In this document: in pieces, positions 22,957-33,797 of the stretch
How positions within the stretch are numbered: the first letter of the stretch is position 1
How the letters are laid out: each line of letters begins with the position of its first letter
Assembly: GCF_000281045.1 (NCBI RefSeq)
Contig: NW_008246082.1
Location: 660,910 to 718,012, forward strand
Source: Saprolegnia diclina VS20
Taxonomy: Eukaryota
Direction: 5' to 3'
Length of the DNA: 57,103 nt
Notes under the pieces: model-generated
What the model was told of the DNA's origin: nothing
The model's database searches: none
The model's input: the letters and a program-made list of their open reading frames with translations, nothing else
Made by a program: the position numbers and the translations under genes

Positions 22957-23910
22957 CGCGTTCGTCGTCGTAAAGACAAGAGGTTTCTTCAGTATGTACA
23001 ACGATATGGTAGAACCCACGGTCGACGCCTTTCCATCACAGTTGCCCTTGGCCACGCACATACCACAGCACAATACACCAGCAAGCTCTCTCTTCTTTGA
23101 CGCCTCGCATGGGACTCGAATTTTCTGCCCGACTTTTCTACTCTCGTACATCACGAAATATCTACCGATAAATACAAGTATTATACACTCAATCCCAACA
23201 CGCTGATGTGCAGAACGGGGTTCCTACCGCAGACAATCAACTCGTATGAACACGCAACACACATATATTCAATTTGCTCAAAGAAAGGCCCACTTTCCAA
23301 ATTTGATGCCACCTACCGACGTCGCTTCGTCACCAATGCAGCTTGCGGCAAAGAAACTTGTCGAGCAACATGGACATACAGCCCGCGCAATTGCTCTCGC
23401 ATCGGTCCTTGGTGTGTGGTTAGCCGAAAGGCCTCGTTCAAGCAACCTGAGATTTGTTGACTTGCCACTTCAAAGAACCGACCTCCAAAGCCTGATGCAT
23501 GTCGAGCTTGACACTCAAATGCACTCTCTTTTCATGCCTGACGTTGTCAGTCAAAAGACCAGCAGGCTTGCGAGTACAAAGCCTGTGCGGAGGAATATAT
23601 TGCTTTGGGCCGGTGTGCGTGGCTGCTTGCGGCTCTCCTTGAGCGTGAAGTACGATGCATGATGCGCACGCCTCCACGTCGTAAGCAGCGAGCGCGACGC
23701 CTGCTATGCACACGAAACGCAATGGTTCCGAGAGGGTCATGTGGTCGTGAGCAAGGGCCTCGAGATGCCAACGCGGTCGTCTCAAAATCGAATATGGCGC
23801 GCTTCATCCGGATGGTCCGGATACTGGCTCTCTCCCAAGCAATATAATTTTAAATATTCAAATTTGGCATTTGCCGTTTTGGGGCCGCGAAGGAGACGAC
23901 GGGGCGATCG

Positions 23911-24739
23911 ATGACGATGTTCGACTGGGAGATGGAAGACGTGAACGAAGACCTCTTCGGGAACCCGTACAACGCCCAGGAAGCCTTCGCCGCCATGGAC
24001 TTCCCCATGTCTCCGCCATCCGCCAAAGGTACATGCTCTGGCACCGACGATGACGACTCATAATGGATCGCAGGCATGAAGAACCTCAGCTTGGCACGAT
24101 ACCACCTCCGGAACGAGGTACATGGACGCCATTGATGCCACGGCTTCAGCACGTGTGTAGCTCGAGAAGAAGCGCGCGCGTCGATGCACGCTTGAGATCT
24201 TCCAGGAACAGTTTGCCGATTGCGCGCCCGATGCGACACACTCGACGCTTCTGGCCATGGATGTACGTGCGTGTACATGGGAATCATCGACCTGAAAAGC
24301 TTGCATGTCGGTAGGACGACGACAGAGACCTCATGGTGCCATTTCAGACCGCCAAGACACGAATTCCACGCCTGTCCCCGGCGGTCGCTCGATACCCGAA
24401 GAAGGACGATCGGCCCACCGCGCCGCGACCACTTGCGAGCAAACTTGTTCGCCCCACACAGCTGGCGGCCGCATCCTCGCTGCTACGACCAACGCAGCTC
24501 GCGTCAGCATCCAGCACGGCAAAGCGCCCGCGCGCCATGGAACTCACTATTCCGCGCAAGCGATTCCAGCCGGCGCCGCCATCGCTGCCGTCAACGTTGG
24601 CACGGAACAAAAGCCGTATCCCGCTGCGGCAGGTCACGTGAAGTACGTGCCCGTCCCGGTGTTTGTACTATTATTTATGCTGAGAGCTCCAAGCCGAGCG
24701 GAGGACGCCCTCCGATGCGGCAAGCGCCCCAAGGTCTAA
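23911..24739 (+). CDS. Hypothetical spliced, low-complexity protein
   Basis: MTMFDWEMEDVNEDLFGNPYNAQEAF.. followed by G|GTACAT donors and a Pro/Arg/Ser-rich exon; 3' end uncertain. Confidence 0.5.
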
Positions 24740-24886
24740 ACGAAAATGAATGGTTGATCTTGTATCGATAAGCTGTACGCTCCGCTGCCTCATCTGCAGA
24801 CCTCGCTGTGCGATGCTGCACCTTCTGCCAATTAACCGGAAGATCCATTTGACGTTTCGGCCCCGTCAGCAAGATCGCGACAAGAG

Positions 24887-25748
24887 ATGGGCGACGCGGA
24901 GGCCAAGGGAACGCGCAGCCGACGCATGTCCAAGCACACGGCCGACGATAAAGAGGCGAACGATATGGATCTGCACATGCAGGATGTGAACGCAGACGAC
25001 AAGCCGGTCATCACCAAGCGCATGAGCGGGTGGGGTGTCGAGGGTGGCGAGGCCGCAGCCTCGACGGCCAGCGGCGAACAAGAGCCCTCCGAGACGAAGC
25101 GCGGTCGTCGGCGAAAGGACGAAAAGCAAGGCGAAGCGTCGTACGTGCTGCGAGTGTCCTGACCCTCTTCAAGCACATGTGCAGGAAGCCCAAGAACCGC
25201 CACTTTGACGACGATGGCGAGACGACAGGTACAAGCGACTGATGGCTTTCATCGACACTCACGGCCCCGAACAGAGCTCGTCGAGATCCCAGACTTAGAA
25301 GAAGAGGAACGCGAACCTGATATTACGACGCAGAGTAGACGCCACGGCTGCGATGTCGCTTGACGATCCCACCTAGTTGCCGAGGCGCCGCGCAATACGG
25401 CGCGCATTGTGCAGTCGCTCAAGGAGCTCGAGCGCGACGTCAAGTACGCGCTGCCGAGCGTACGACGCTGCGTCTGTTCGTATCGAATGCCAATCGCTGT
25501 GGATGTAGACAGGTAGCATTGACCTGCAGCTGCTGACGAGCTTTCTCTGCCCCCAACGCGCGGTCCGCCTTCCCACCATATCCCTTCCATGTTTTATCCA
25601 TGGCTGCTAGGTCATTGAGGAAGACGAGGCATGGGATTTCGACTCACTCCTCCGCGACGTCTTCCAAGAGGTCCAGAAGGAGCTTGAAGAGAAGGAGAAC
25701 CAAGACGAGCTCGACGGGAACGGCGGTATCACGGCGGCCGCGAATTAA
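24887..25748 (+). CDS. IFT43: Intraflagellar transport protein 43, spliced
   Basis: SGWG, EIPDLEEE..DITTQIAEAP..VQSLKELERD, IDLQLLTSFLCP and EEDEAWDFDSLLRDV, which follow the IFT43 motif order. Confidence 0.9.
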
Positions 25749-25759
25749 TTTGTTGCAAA

Positions 25760-26251
25760 TTACTTTTCCCGACGCACCTCGAACTTGTGCTCGACGGCGT
25801 AGACGCCGACGGACTGGTCGCCCTCTTCGTCGTACTCGGCCCAGTCCTCCGAGAGGTTGACGTTCTCAAAGACCGTGCCGCTGTCGGCGCACGTGATTTT
25901 GTAACCGTCTTCGGGGCTCCAGCTAACGGGCTCGATGCCGCGGCACTCAAAGCCCACGAGCGGCACGTACTCGCCCGAGTCGTTGGCAGAGATGGCGCGC
26001 GTGAGCTTCTTGATGTCGCGCACGACCGTGAGCTGGCTCTCCTTCTTGGCGCCCGGCCACTTCATGAGGAAGTGCGCCGTGCCGCGGCTGCCCGAGACCT
26101 CGAGCTCTTCTTCGTCCGAGACCCAGATGCCCTCGCGGGTCTCATCGCCCGTCGGCTCCTTGATGTCCAAGCACCAGCGGTGGAGCGCCGGCGCCTCGAT
26201 CGACCCGACGTTCTCAAGGTCCGCCTTGACGTACAGCACGAAGAGCACCAT
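25760..26251 (-). CDS. CZIB: DUF866 / CZIB (UPF0587, C1orf123) homolog
   Basis: LYVKADLENV, GSRGTAHFLMK, FECRGIEPVSWSP, SGTVFENVNLSEDWAEYDE...SVGVY. Confidence 0.88.
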   Translation of the reverse strand: MVLFVLYVKADLENVGSIEAPALHRWCLDIKEPTGDETREGIWVSDEEELEVSGSRGTAHFLMKWPGAKKESQLTVVRDIKKLTRAISANDSGEYVPLVGFECRGIEPVSWSPEDGYKITCADSGTVFENVNLSEDWAEYDEEGDQSVGVYAVEHKFEVRREK

Positions 26252-26792
26252 GGTTGCTTGGAAGTTTATGGCCACCCCAGGCGTTTGTCGCTGATTGGCC
26301 CAAATGTTCTACCGGATAAAGGTATCCGGATGATGAATGCTTCAACACTTCAACATGGCACCACGATGGCTCTGCATCGCAGCCTCGATCGCGTCGACGC
26401 GTGGGACGTTGATGAGCCGATAGAAGGCAGTCGATCCGACGCGTACGTGGAAGAGCTACGTGGGAGGCGTACGTCGTAGTTGAGCGAGAGCAAAAATTGT
26501 ATCGACCCTCGGACTTGGATGTTTTGTTTCGTAGTCGAGCACCTTGCTACGAGGTGCGCATCCCCTCAAGAGGCAAATTGACTCGTTAGGAACGTCCCTC
26601 GCAGCCGTACGCGGTGCGGTAAGCACCCTTTGTCTCAGCTTGGCTTCGTGCGGTCCACCGAAAACGCTTCGGTATCTCAGCGCAATCTTGGGAGCGCCGT
26701 TACATGACCCAGTTGTCGCGGGCAACGAAGCGGTCTGGAATATGTGGATGGGATGATGCTACCTCCGGAGTTTGAGCGGCGTGCATCAGTTT

Positions 26793-26809
26793 GCTCACTT
26801 TTCTATTTG
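26793..26809 (+). promoter_or_regulatory. INR/FPR-like core promoter of ENT paralog 3
   Basis: GCTCACTTTTCTATTTG about 25 nt upstream of the ATG at 26835. Confidence 0.6.
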
Positions 26810-26834
26810 CCTGCTGCTGCCGCTCCGTTCCGTC

Positions 26835-28181
26835 ATGGACGCAACCGGTAGCTACCACGAAGCCATCGATATCAAGGAGAAGCGCCTCCAGGACGAGGGC
26901 CTCGACAACAGCCTCCCTGCGGATGTCCTCGACCAGATCAAGGAGTACCGCAACGTCATCTACTGGTCGCTGCTCTTCCTCGAGGGCTCGGCCATGTGGG
27001 CCTACTACTCGTGCTTGACGGCCCAAGACTACTACGCCAGCACCTTCCCGGACGTCAAGTTTGCCTTCTTGACGACTCCTGTCTTGACGTGGCCGCTCAC
27101 GCTCGGTCACATCATCCAGATGTGGTTTGGTCTCGACCGCTCGCTCGGCAACATGAAGCGCGTCATCATCGGCTACTTTGTCTTTGGTCTCTGCTGCATC
27201 CTCATCATCGTGCAAGGCTACCTTGACATGAGCCAGACGGCGGGTGCCACCATGGTCTTGATCTGCTTTGGCTGCGTCGGTGCGGCCCAGTCGCTCACCG
27301 AACCGACGTTCTATGCAGTCGCATCGCTCTTCCCGGATGCGCACTTTACGAACGCGATCCAGGTCGGCAACGTCGCGGCCGGTGTCCTCAACGTCGTGTT
27401 GGCTGCGCTCATCCACTTGGCGGTTGGTGGTATCCACGACACGGACCCGGCCAGCAGCGTCAAGCTCTCGTTCTTCATCTTTATGGTGCTTTTGTTTCTC
27501 ATCTCGGTCGGTGCCATCATTGTCTACCACCGCCTTGAGAAGATCCCGTGCGTGCGCTACCTCCTCGACCGCGCGGCGACCGACCACGTCAAGAACGGCG
27601 AAGTGTCGCTGCCGCAGCTCTGGTCCAAGTTCTTCCGCGTCGGCAAGGTCATTGTGGTGCCCATGGTTGCGCAGTTTATGCTCTTCTTCTGCAGTTTGGC
27701 GATCTTCCCGGGTATCGGTATCTCGTCGACGTTCAAGCTCAAGTCGGTCACGTCGTCGCCGGGTGCCCCGTGGATCATCTCGCCGGGTGTCGTCGGTCCG
27801 TTCAACGTCGGTGATCTCATCGGTCGTCTCGCCTCGACAAAGGCCGCGATCAAGTTCTTCTCGATGCGGTTCTGCTTTGTCTTTTCGTTCTGCCGGTGGG
27901 TGTGGCTGCCGCTCCTGCTGATGACAGCATCCACCAACTCGCTGTATGCATTTGGGGACTCGCAGTGGGGCGCGTACGCATTTTTGCTGGTGCTCTACTT
28001 GCTCTTGGGCGTCACGGGGGGGCTCTTCTCGACGGTTACGATGGGCATGGGTCCGCTTCTGGTGCCGCAGGAAGACCGCGAAGCTGCTGCGGCGCTCATG
28101 GTCATGTTCCTCTTCCTCGGCATCTCGAGCGGCTCGACGTTTGGGTGGGGTATCAGCAACAACCACTGGCTCGGTCTCTAA
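26835..28181 (+). CDS. Equilibrative nucleoside transporter, paralog 3
   Basis: Intronless 448-aa ORF, highly similar to paralog 1 (LTTPVLTWPLTLGHIIQMWFGLDR, RLEKIPCVRYLLDRAA). Confidence 0.92.
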   Translation: MDATGSYHEAIDIKEKRLQDEGLDNSLPADVLDQIKEYRNVIYWSLLFLEGSAMWAYYSCLTAQDYYASTFPDVKFAFLTTPVLTWPLTLGHIIQMWFGLDRSLGNMKRVIIGYFVFGLCCILIIVQGYLDMSQTAGATMVLICFGCVGAAQSLTEPTFYAVASLFPDAHFTNAIQVGNVAAGVLNVVLAALIHLAVGGIHDTDPASSVKLSFFIFMVLLFLISVGAIIVYHRLEKIPCVRYLLDRAATDHVKNGEVSLPQLWSKFFRVGKVIVVPMVAQFMLFFCSLAIFPGIGISSTFKLKSVTSSPGAPWIISPGVVGPFNVGDLIGRLASTKAAIKFFSMRFCFVFSFCRWVWLPLLLMTASTNSLYAFGDSQWGAYAFLLVLYLLLGVTGGLFSTVTMGMGPLLVPQEDREAAAALMVMFLFLGISSGSTFGWGISNNHWLGL

Positions 28182-28440
28182 GCGACCCGTGGTACGACTC
28201 GGCAAACGACAACGCGTGCCAAGTAGGACGAATAAGACAATAAATGTACTTCGTGGTGTAGACGCAATGTGTGCTCTCACAATGTCTTTGTCGCCACCAA
28301 AATGTAGCGACGTGTGTAGTACGCCCACGTACCGTAGACGTTGCAACGTAGTATACCGTGGCGGCCAGTCGAACAATTGACTGGTCTAGTCGACTAGAAT
28401 GTACTCGATACTCGTCACGACTATTGGTGTATGTATAATC

Positions 28441-29698
28441 TCAACTCGTCATAAACTTTTGGAGCAGGTGGCGCGACACTTGCTCCTCGGCGATGACGTT
28501 GAGGCGGCAGTACATGTGCGCGAACGGTTCGTTCATATCGCCAAAGATCTTGGGCAGCGTCCGCACAAAGGGCCGCGAGTAGATGACCGTCCGCAGCACC
28601 GTCCGAATGCAGCCATCGGCGTCCGTCTCGGTCTGAAAGAGCACCCTAAACCAGAGAAGTTAAAATCGTTGGTTGAAGCAGAGAGGTACCCGCCGACTTC
28701 TTCGCGCCGAATGGTGTGGGGGTCCGAGGGCGACGGCACGAGATCGTCGCGGTCCACCGACTCCCACGTAAAGATCGAGTACTGCGGGTGATGCAGCCGC
28801 GTCACAACGTCCAGCGACTCGAGCCGCACCTCGGGCATGTTGGGCACCGTGTACGCAATGTGTTCGTAGTGCGTGTTGCTGTCGACTTGCATGAGGAGCT
28901 ACGAGCATGGTCACCTCATAGCAGTAATACTTGGTGTACCTTGCGGCGACACAGGCCGGGGTTGTCCACGACCCCTTGGGCGTCAAAGCCCCAAAAGATG
29001 TCCCAGAACACCTCCGAGACCGTGCGGTGGTCAAAGCTCGTGATCTCGCAGACGCGGCAAAACTTGATGCTGACGTTCTCACCCATGCTCGTCATGCGCA
29101 CATCCACGTACGGCGGGAAGGACGGGATTGAACGTGTGTCCTCCATGACCTACGTCATCGTCTCTTCTCAGTGAGCCGTCCACGAGCTACACAAGCGTAC
29201 CTGGGTGTACATACGGGCCGGGCCCGGACGCGCGATCTCCGAAAGCATCGCGATGCGCTTGACGGGGTCGACACCGAGGTGATGGAACGGGTGGTACACG
29301 TTTGGGCCGGGGCCTGTGTCGACCTGCAGCGGCGCGTTGAGCCAGAGCCCTCGGAGCGAGTGGCTCATTTCCATCTCGGCCGCACCGAGCGCAATCTCGA
29401 TCGAGCCCGTCTTCTGGACGACACCGCGGTGGGCCGACGGACCGCGCCGCGCCTTAGCCAAGGCCTCCGTGAGCTCTTGCACTTGGTTCCGGAGACCGAT
29501 CAGCTCTTGCTTTTGGCGGATCCGGTGCTTCCGCGCCGACTTGGCAATCTGCGCCCGGCGGCGCGTCTTCTTGTCCTCGCTCAGCGTTTTGTCTTCCTTC
29601 TCGCCGTCGCTCGACCACACGGTCGACTCCTTCTCGCGGTCGTCTTCGGTCGGCGCCTTGCTGCTGGTGGCGCTCCCCGGCGCCTGCCTCGTCGCCAT
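28441..29698 (-). CDS. Atypical bZIP-like transcription factor with oomycete-type C-terminal domain, spliced
   Basis: Basic region RRRAQIAKSARKHRIRQKQE followed by zipper LIGLRNQVQELTEAL; two introns (~29171-29219, ~28899-28935). Confidence 0.7.
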
Positions 29699-30883
29699 CC
29701 TTGATCTTGTGAACTGACCGAGCCGACCAATGTGCAGTTCCAACCATAGGGGGACCTATGAAAACGAAGTGCCATCTGGGAAGTACCACCGTGAAAAATA
29801 CAGAGCGTTTCTCACATTTCACACGGCGTACCGCCACACAACAGCGACGTAGAACATTGTTCACGCGATCCGAGACGCAGTGCCAACAGTATCAGTGCGA
29901 GCCGAGGGCTCTTGGGTTACAGCAACGCCAAGCAAGTCCAGTCACTCACTGCTACGGAGCGATGCTGCACAGGCAAGAAAGCTTGGCCAGTCCCATCACG
30001 TCGCCCAGATCTGATTCAGGTGCATCGGACACTGAAGGTACTCCAAGCTGGTGCGACCAGAGTACCCAATACTGTACTGCGCTCACTGCCACCCGTGCAA
30101 GAGCAGGCTATTCCGACGAGCTGGGTCGGCACATTCAGCTCGTCGCGCTGCTACGAGCATGCAAAGCCCCAATGCCATCTCAGTTCTCAGCTGCGGGTGA
30201 AGAACTGCCGATGATGCACGTGGCCGGCTGAGAATAGCTACTGCGAGTGAGTCACACAGCTGGATGATGCGCCCATGAAAGTCGTCCCACAGCACCGCGG
30301 CACCACGGCCCATTCGGAGCATCAAACGTCATCCAAGCCTCGACATGCGAATGCGGTAAAGTTCTTGGTTTACACCAATGTTATTACCCGTCAAGTCCCA
30401 GTGCGAGTGTAGTGCGAGGTGTCGTTGGCACCTTCGCTTCCTCGCGCACGCAGACCTCGTAGAATGACAGGCAGCGCCTGCGACTCGACGTACTACAGAC
30501 AAGACACGGCCACGATTCTTGGCGCAACGGCTGGGTGGGTTTGCATCGGTGCACATTTCACTGCCACTCGTTCACGGATATCAGCAACGGACAACAATAG
30601 ACACTCGCTAGTTTAGTACCGCGGCTCCACATGGAGCTGCGTGAAATCACACCGAATCACACTTCCATCACGGTGTGAAATGTGTGATGCCCTCACAAAG
30701 CTTCGGGGTCCCACTCTTGAAACGCAGGTGGTCGATCGCTTGCGACAAATGGGTTAATCGGATTTGACGCGTAAAACTTGCAAAAGCGAATGCAGACCAA
30801 CGTATGCGTTCTGACGATTAACCCTCTCCGGCTGGGTATTTCCCTTGTCGCTGCAGCACCAGCTGGGCTCGCACTTGAAGACG

Positions 30884-32294
30884 ATGACGAAGGAAGGCGT
30901 GTACCTCACGCTCGGCGCGCTGGCGTCCGTGACCTTTGTGCTGTGGGAAGGCTCGGCGCTCTACTTCTCGTCAAGCATCCGCCACTGCACCGCGCCGTCC
31001 ACCGAGGCCTCGGAGGCGGCGCTCAAGCTGCTCATCATCGGCGACGTGCACGTGCTGGGCCACCGCCGGCGCTACTGGATTGAGCAGGCGTGGATCGACT
31101 GGCAGGCGTACCTCTCGTTCCAAGCGGCCTTTGCTGCGCTGCAGCCACACGCCGTCCTTGTGCTCGGCGACCAGCTCGACGAGGGCACGGCTGCGACGTC
31201 CGACACCGACTACAAGGTAGCGTCCATTCGTTTCCGGTCGCACGACGGCCGCCATGCCACGGTGCATGTACCCATATCGCATGCGTAGGAATACACCGCG
31301 CGCTTCTTCCAAGTGTTTGGCCCGATCAAGACCGAGACGCTCTTCGTCGTACGTCCATTGCATCGATCTACCTCACATCGACATGGGCTTGATGTAGCTC
31401 GGGAACCACGATGCTGCGTACGGTCCGGGCATGACGCAGGCGCTCGTGCGCCGCCACGAGCTTGGCTTTGGGCCTGCCAACCGCCTCGTGACGCTCAACG
31501 ACATTGACTTCATCGTGCTCAACACAATGGCGCTCGAGACAAACGTGTTGGACCACCAAGTGTACCACGGCGCCCACGCGTACTTGCTTTGTCCTCCACC
31601 TCGACGATCTCAATCTCAATAATAGTCTTCTCAACCAGATCGAGACGCAGCGCAAGTCGCCCGAGCACATCAAGCGGCCACTCGTCGTGCTCACGCATAT
31701 TCCGTTCTACCGCCCCAACGATCTCAAATGCGGTACTTCGCTTCGCTCTAGGGCCTCGTACGAACTTGCACGCGTAGGGCATTTGCGCACGAAGGAGCGG
31801 GCGCACTACACGTACGAAGACCCGGCTTTTCCATACGTGGAGCAGGACCACGTGCTCTCCAAGGGGCTCTCGCAGCGCATTCTGCAGACGCTCGAGCCCG
31901 ACTACATCTTCTCGGCGCATACGCACTCGGTGTGTTACTACCACCACTACCACGCCATGGCCGCCACGGGCGCCGTCAAGACGATCCCAGAGTACACAGT
32001 GCCGACGTTTACATGGGGCCAGCGACCCGACCCGAGGTAGCTGCAAACTACTTGATAGATTGAAAGAACGCTCGTGCTGCTAGCTTTGCCATTGCGCTCG
32101 TGCACCATTCGGGGCAGAACGACCGCGAGAACCCGCTCAACGTGCACGTGACGACGTGCAGCCTCCCGACCGAGATGGACTATGTGCAGTGGCTCCTCGC
32201 GGTTGGCGGCTGCCTCCTCGCACTCTTCCTCTATGTGTACTACCGCTGCTACTACCTCAAGGCCGTCGCGCGTCAAAAGAAGGCCAAGCACTAA
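30884..32294 (+). CDS. Metallophosphoesterase (Cdc1/MPPE1/PGAP5-like), spliced
   Basis: Calcineurin-like motifs GDVH, LGDQLDEG, GNHD, LTHIP and SAHTH; EYTVPTFTW; N- and C-terminal transmembrane helices; KKAKH C-terminal dilysine-like signal. Confidence 0.85.
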
Positions 32295-32328
32295 GACACC
32301 AGCAATGCTATATACATTATTATATAAC

Positions 32329-33431
32329 CTACTGCTGCGGGAACTGCAGCCCCGCTTGCTCCATATAACTCAGAAGCATTTGCCGCTCGTTCGGCGGCAG
32401 CATCGCGAGCTGCTCCTGGCTCATGCCCGGCGGCAAATTGAGAAACTCGTCGCCTTTCTGGCGCTTGGGCTCGGGCGCGCCAAAGCCAACTGCGTCGCGC
32501 TTGAGACGCGGGTCCGCACGCCGACGCGGGTCGCCACGCGGGTCGCCACGCGGATCGCCACGCGGATCGCCACGCGGATCACCACGCACGTCGCGGGGGT
32601 CACGCGACGAGGCCATGCCCATGGGCGGCGGCATGCTTTGCACGGGCGGTGCAAGACCGAGGATACCGCCGGACGGTGGTCCCCGGGAGCGGCTCGAGAG
32701 AAGTCCTCCGGTCGGCGCGGGCCCACCCTGCGCATTGTACGCTGTGAGCCGAGGAGGGAGAAGGACGAGTCGACATACCGAAAACGGGGTCGCGGGCGTC
32801 TTCATGAGCTGGATGTTGAGCGCCTTGTACGACTCGATGATCGCGTGGGCGAGCACCGGGTTGGCGTTGAGCAGCGTCTTGGTCATCTCGGGCTTGGCGC
32901 GGGCGTACTCGCGAAAGGCCACGAGCATGTCGTAGATGGGCACGCGGCCCTGCGCGGCAACCGCGGCCTCGATGCTCTTGATGATGGCTTCGCCCGTCAC
33001 GCCGCTCTGGCGGTCGCGGTCCGTGCCTTGGCGCTCGCCGCCATCCGCAAAGTCCACGCGCAGGTTGCGGCCGTTGATCTCGTAGCCATTCAAGTTGCGC
33101 ATCGCGCTGAGCGCCGTCGCGCCGTCGTTGTACTCGCAAAAGCCGTAGCCCTTGGGCTTGCCCGACTCGCGGTCCGTGACGAGCCTAAAGACACTCTATG
33201 TAGAGAGCGCCGCTAGAGCGAAGCGCACGCACCGAAAGTTGACGACGGGCCCGGCCTCGGAGAAAATCTCGCGCAGCATCTCCTCGGTCACATCGTACGG
33301 GATGTTGCCGACTACACGAGCGCACATACGAGAATGAGCCAGCGCTATGGCGAAGGTCCATGGGCATGCACGGCCACGGACGTACCAAAGACGCTGCGCT
33401 CCTTCGCGGTGCCCATGCGGTTCTTGCTCAT
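32329..33431 (-). CDS. CSTF2: Cleavage stimulation factor 64 kDa subunit (Rna15 homolog), spliced
   Basis: [39 protein letters not shown] and [21 protein letters not shown]; hinge [13 protein letters not shown]-terminal [11 protein letters not shown]. Confidence 0.93.
32524..32587 (-). repeat. 12-bp coding tandem repeat encoding (RGDP)x5
   Basis: ACGCGGGTCGCC / ACGCGGATCGCC units on the plus strand. Confidence 0.85.
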
Positions 33432-33797
33432 CCTGCCTGCCGCTGGTTATTATGAGGTGGAGTTGCTGGTTGGAGTATCCGGATAGCACTGCTAATTGCC
33501 GTATATAGTACGCGAAATTCTGTCGGGACTCAGCAGCAACAATAGTGTACATTCGGCGATCCAAGCTTGGACTAGACCAAGCCCCGACCCAAGAGCGCCA
33601 TGTCGACGTCACCGCGCCGACGCAGGGCGTGGTCGGTCACAGTGCTGCACGTTTGATTCCCAGCGTGCGTACACCTAGCCCGCGGGGTTAGGGTTCGGTC
33701 GGATCTTCTCGACAATCCCCAAGGCATACGTGTACACTGGGCGCTCTACACATTCGCATCTCACGTATCCTATCGCTACAACCTACTAAATGTTCAA

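Noticed and set aside
23246..23662. 138-aa plus-strand ORF
   Set aside because: Atypical codon usage and no motifs, so it cannot be supported as a gene.
26700..28376. 558-aa minus-strand ORF, and similar shadows over OAT, KDM5, the protease and the W2 gene
   Set aside because: Antisense to well-supported genes and without recognisable motifs.
29750..30780. Short ORFs between the bZIP and metallophosphoesterase genes
   Set aside because: No coding bias, motifs or terminal repeats recognised; treated as intergenic.
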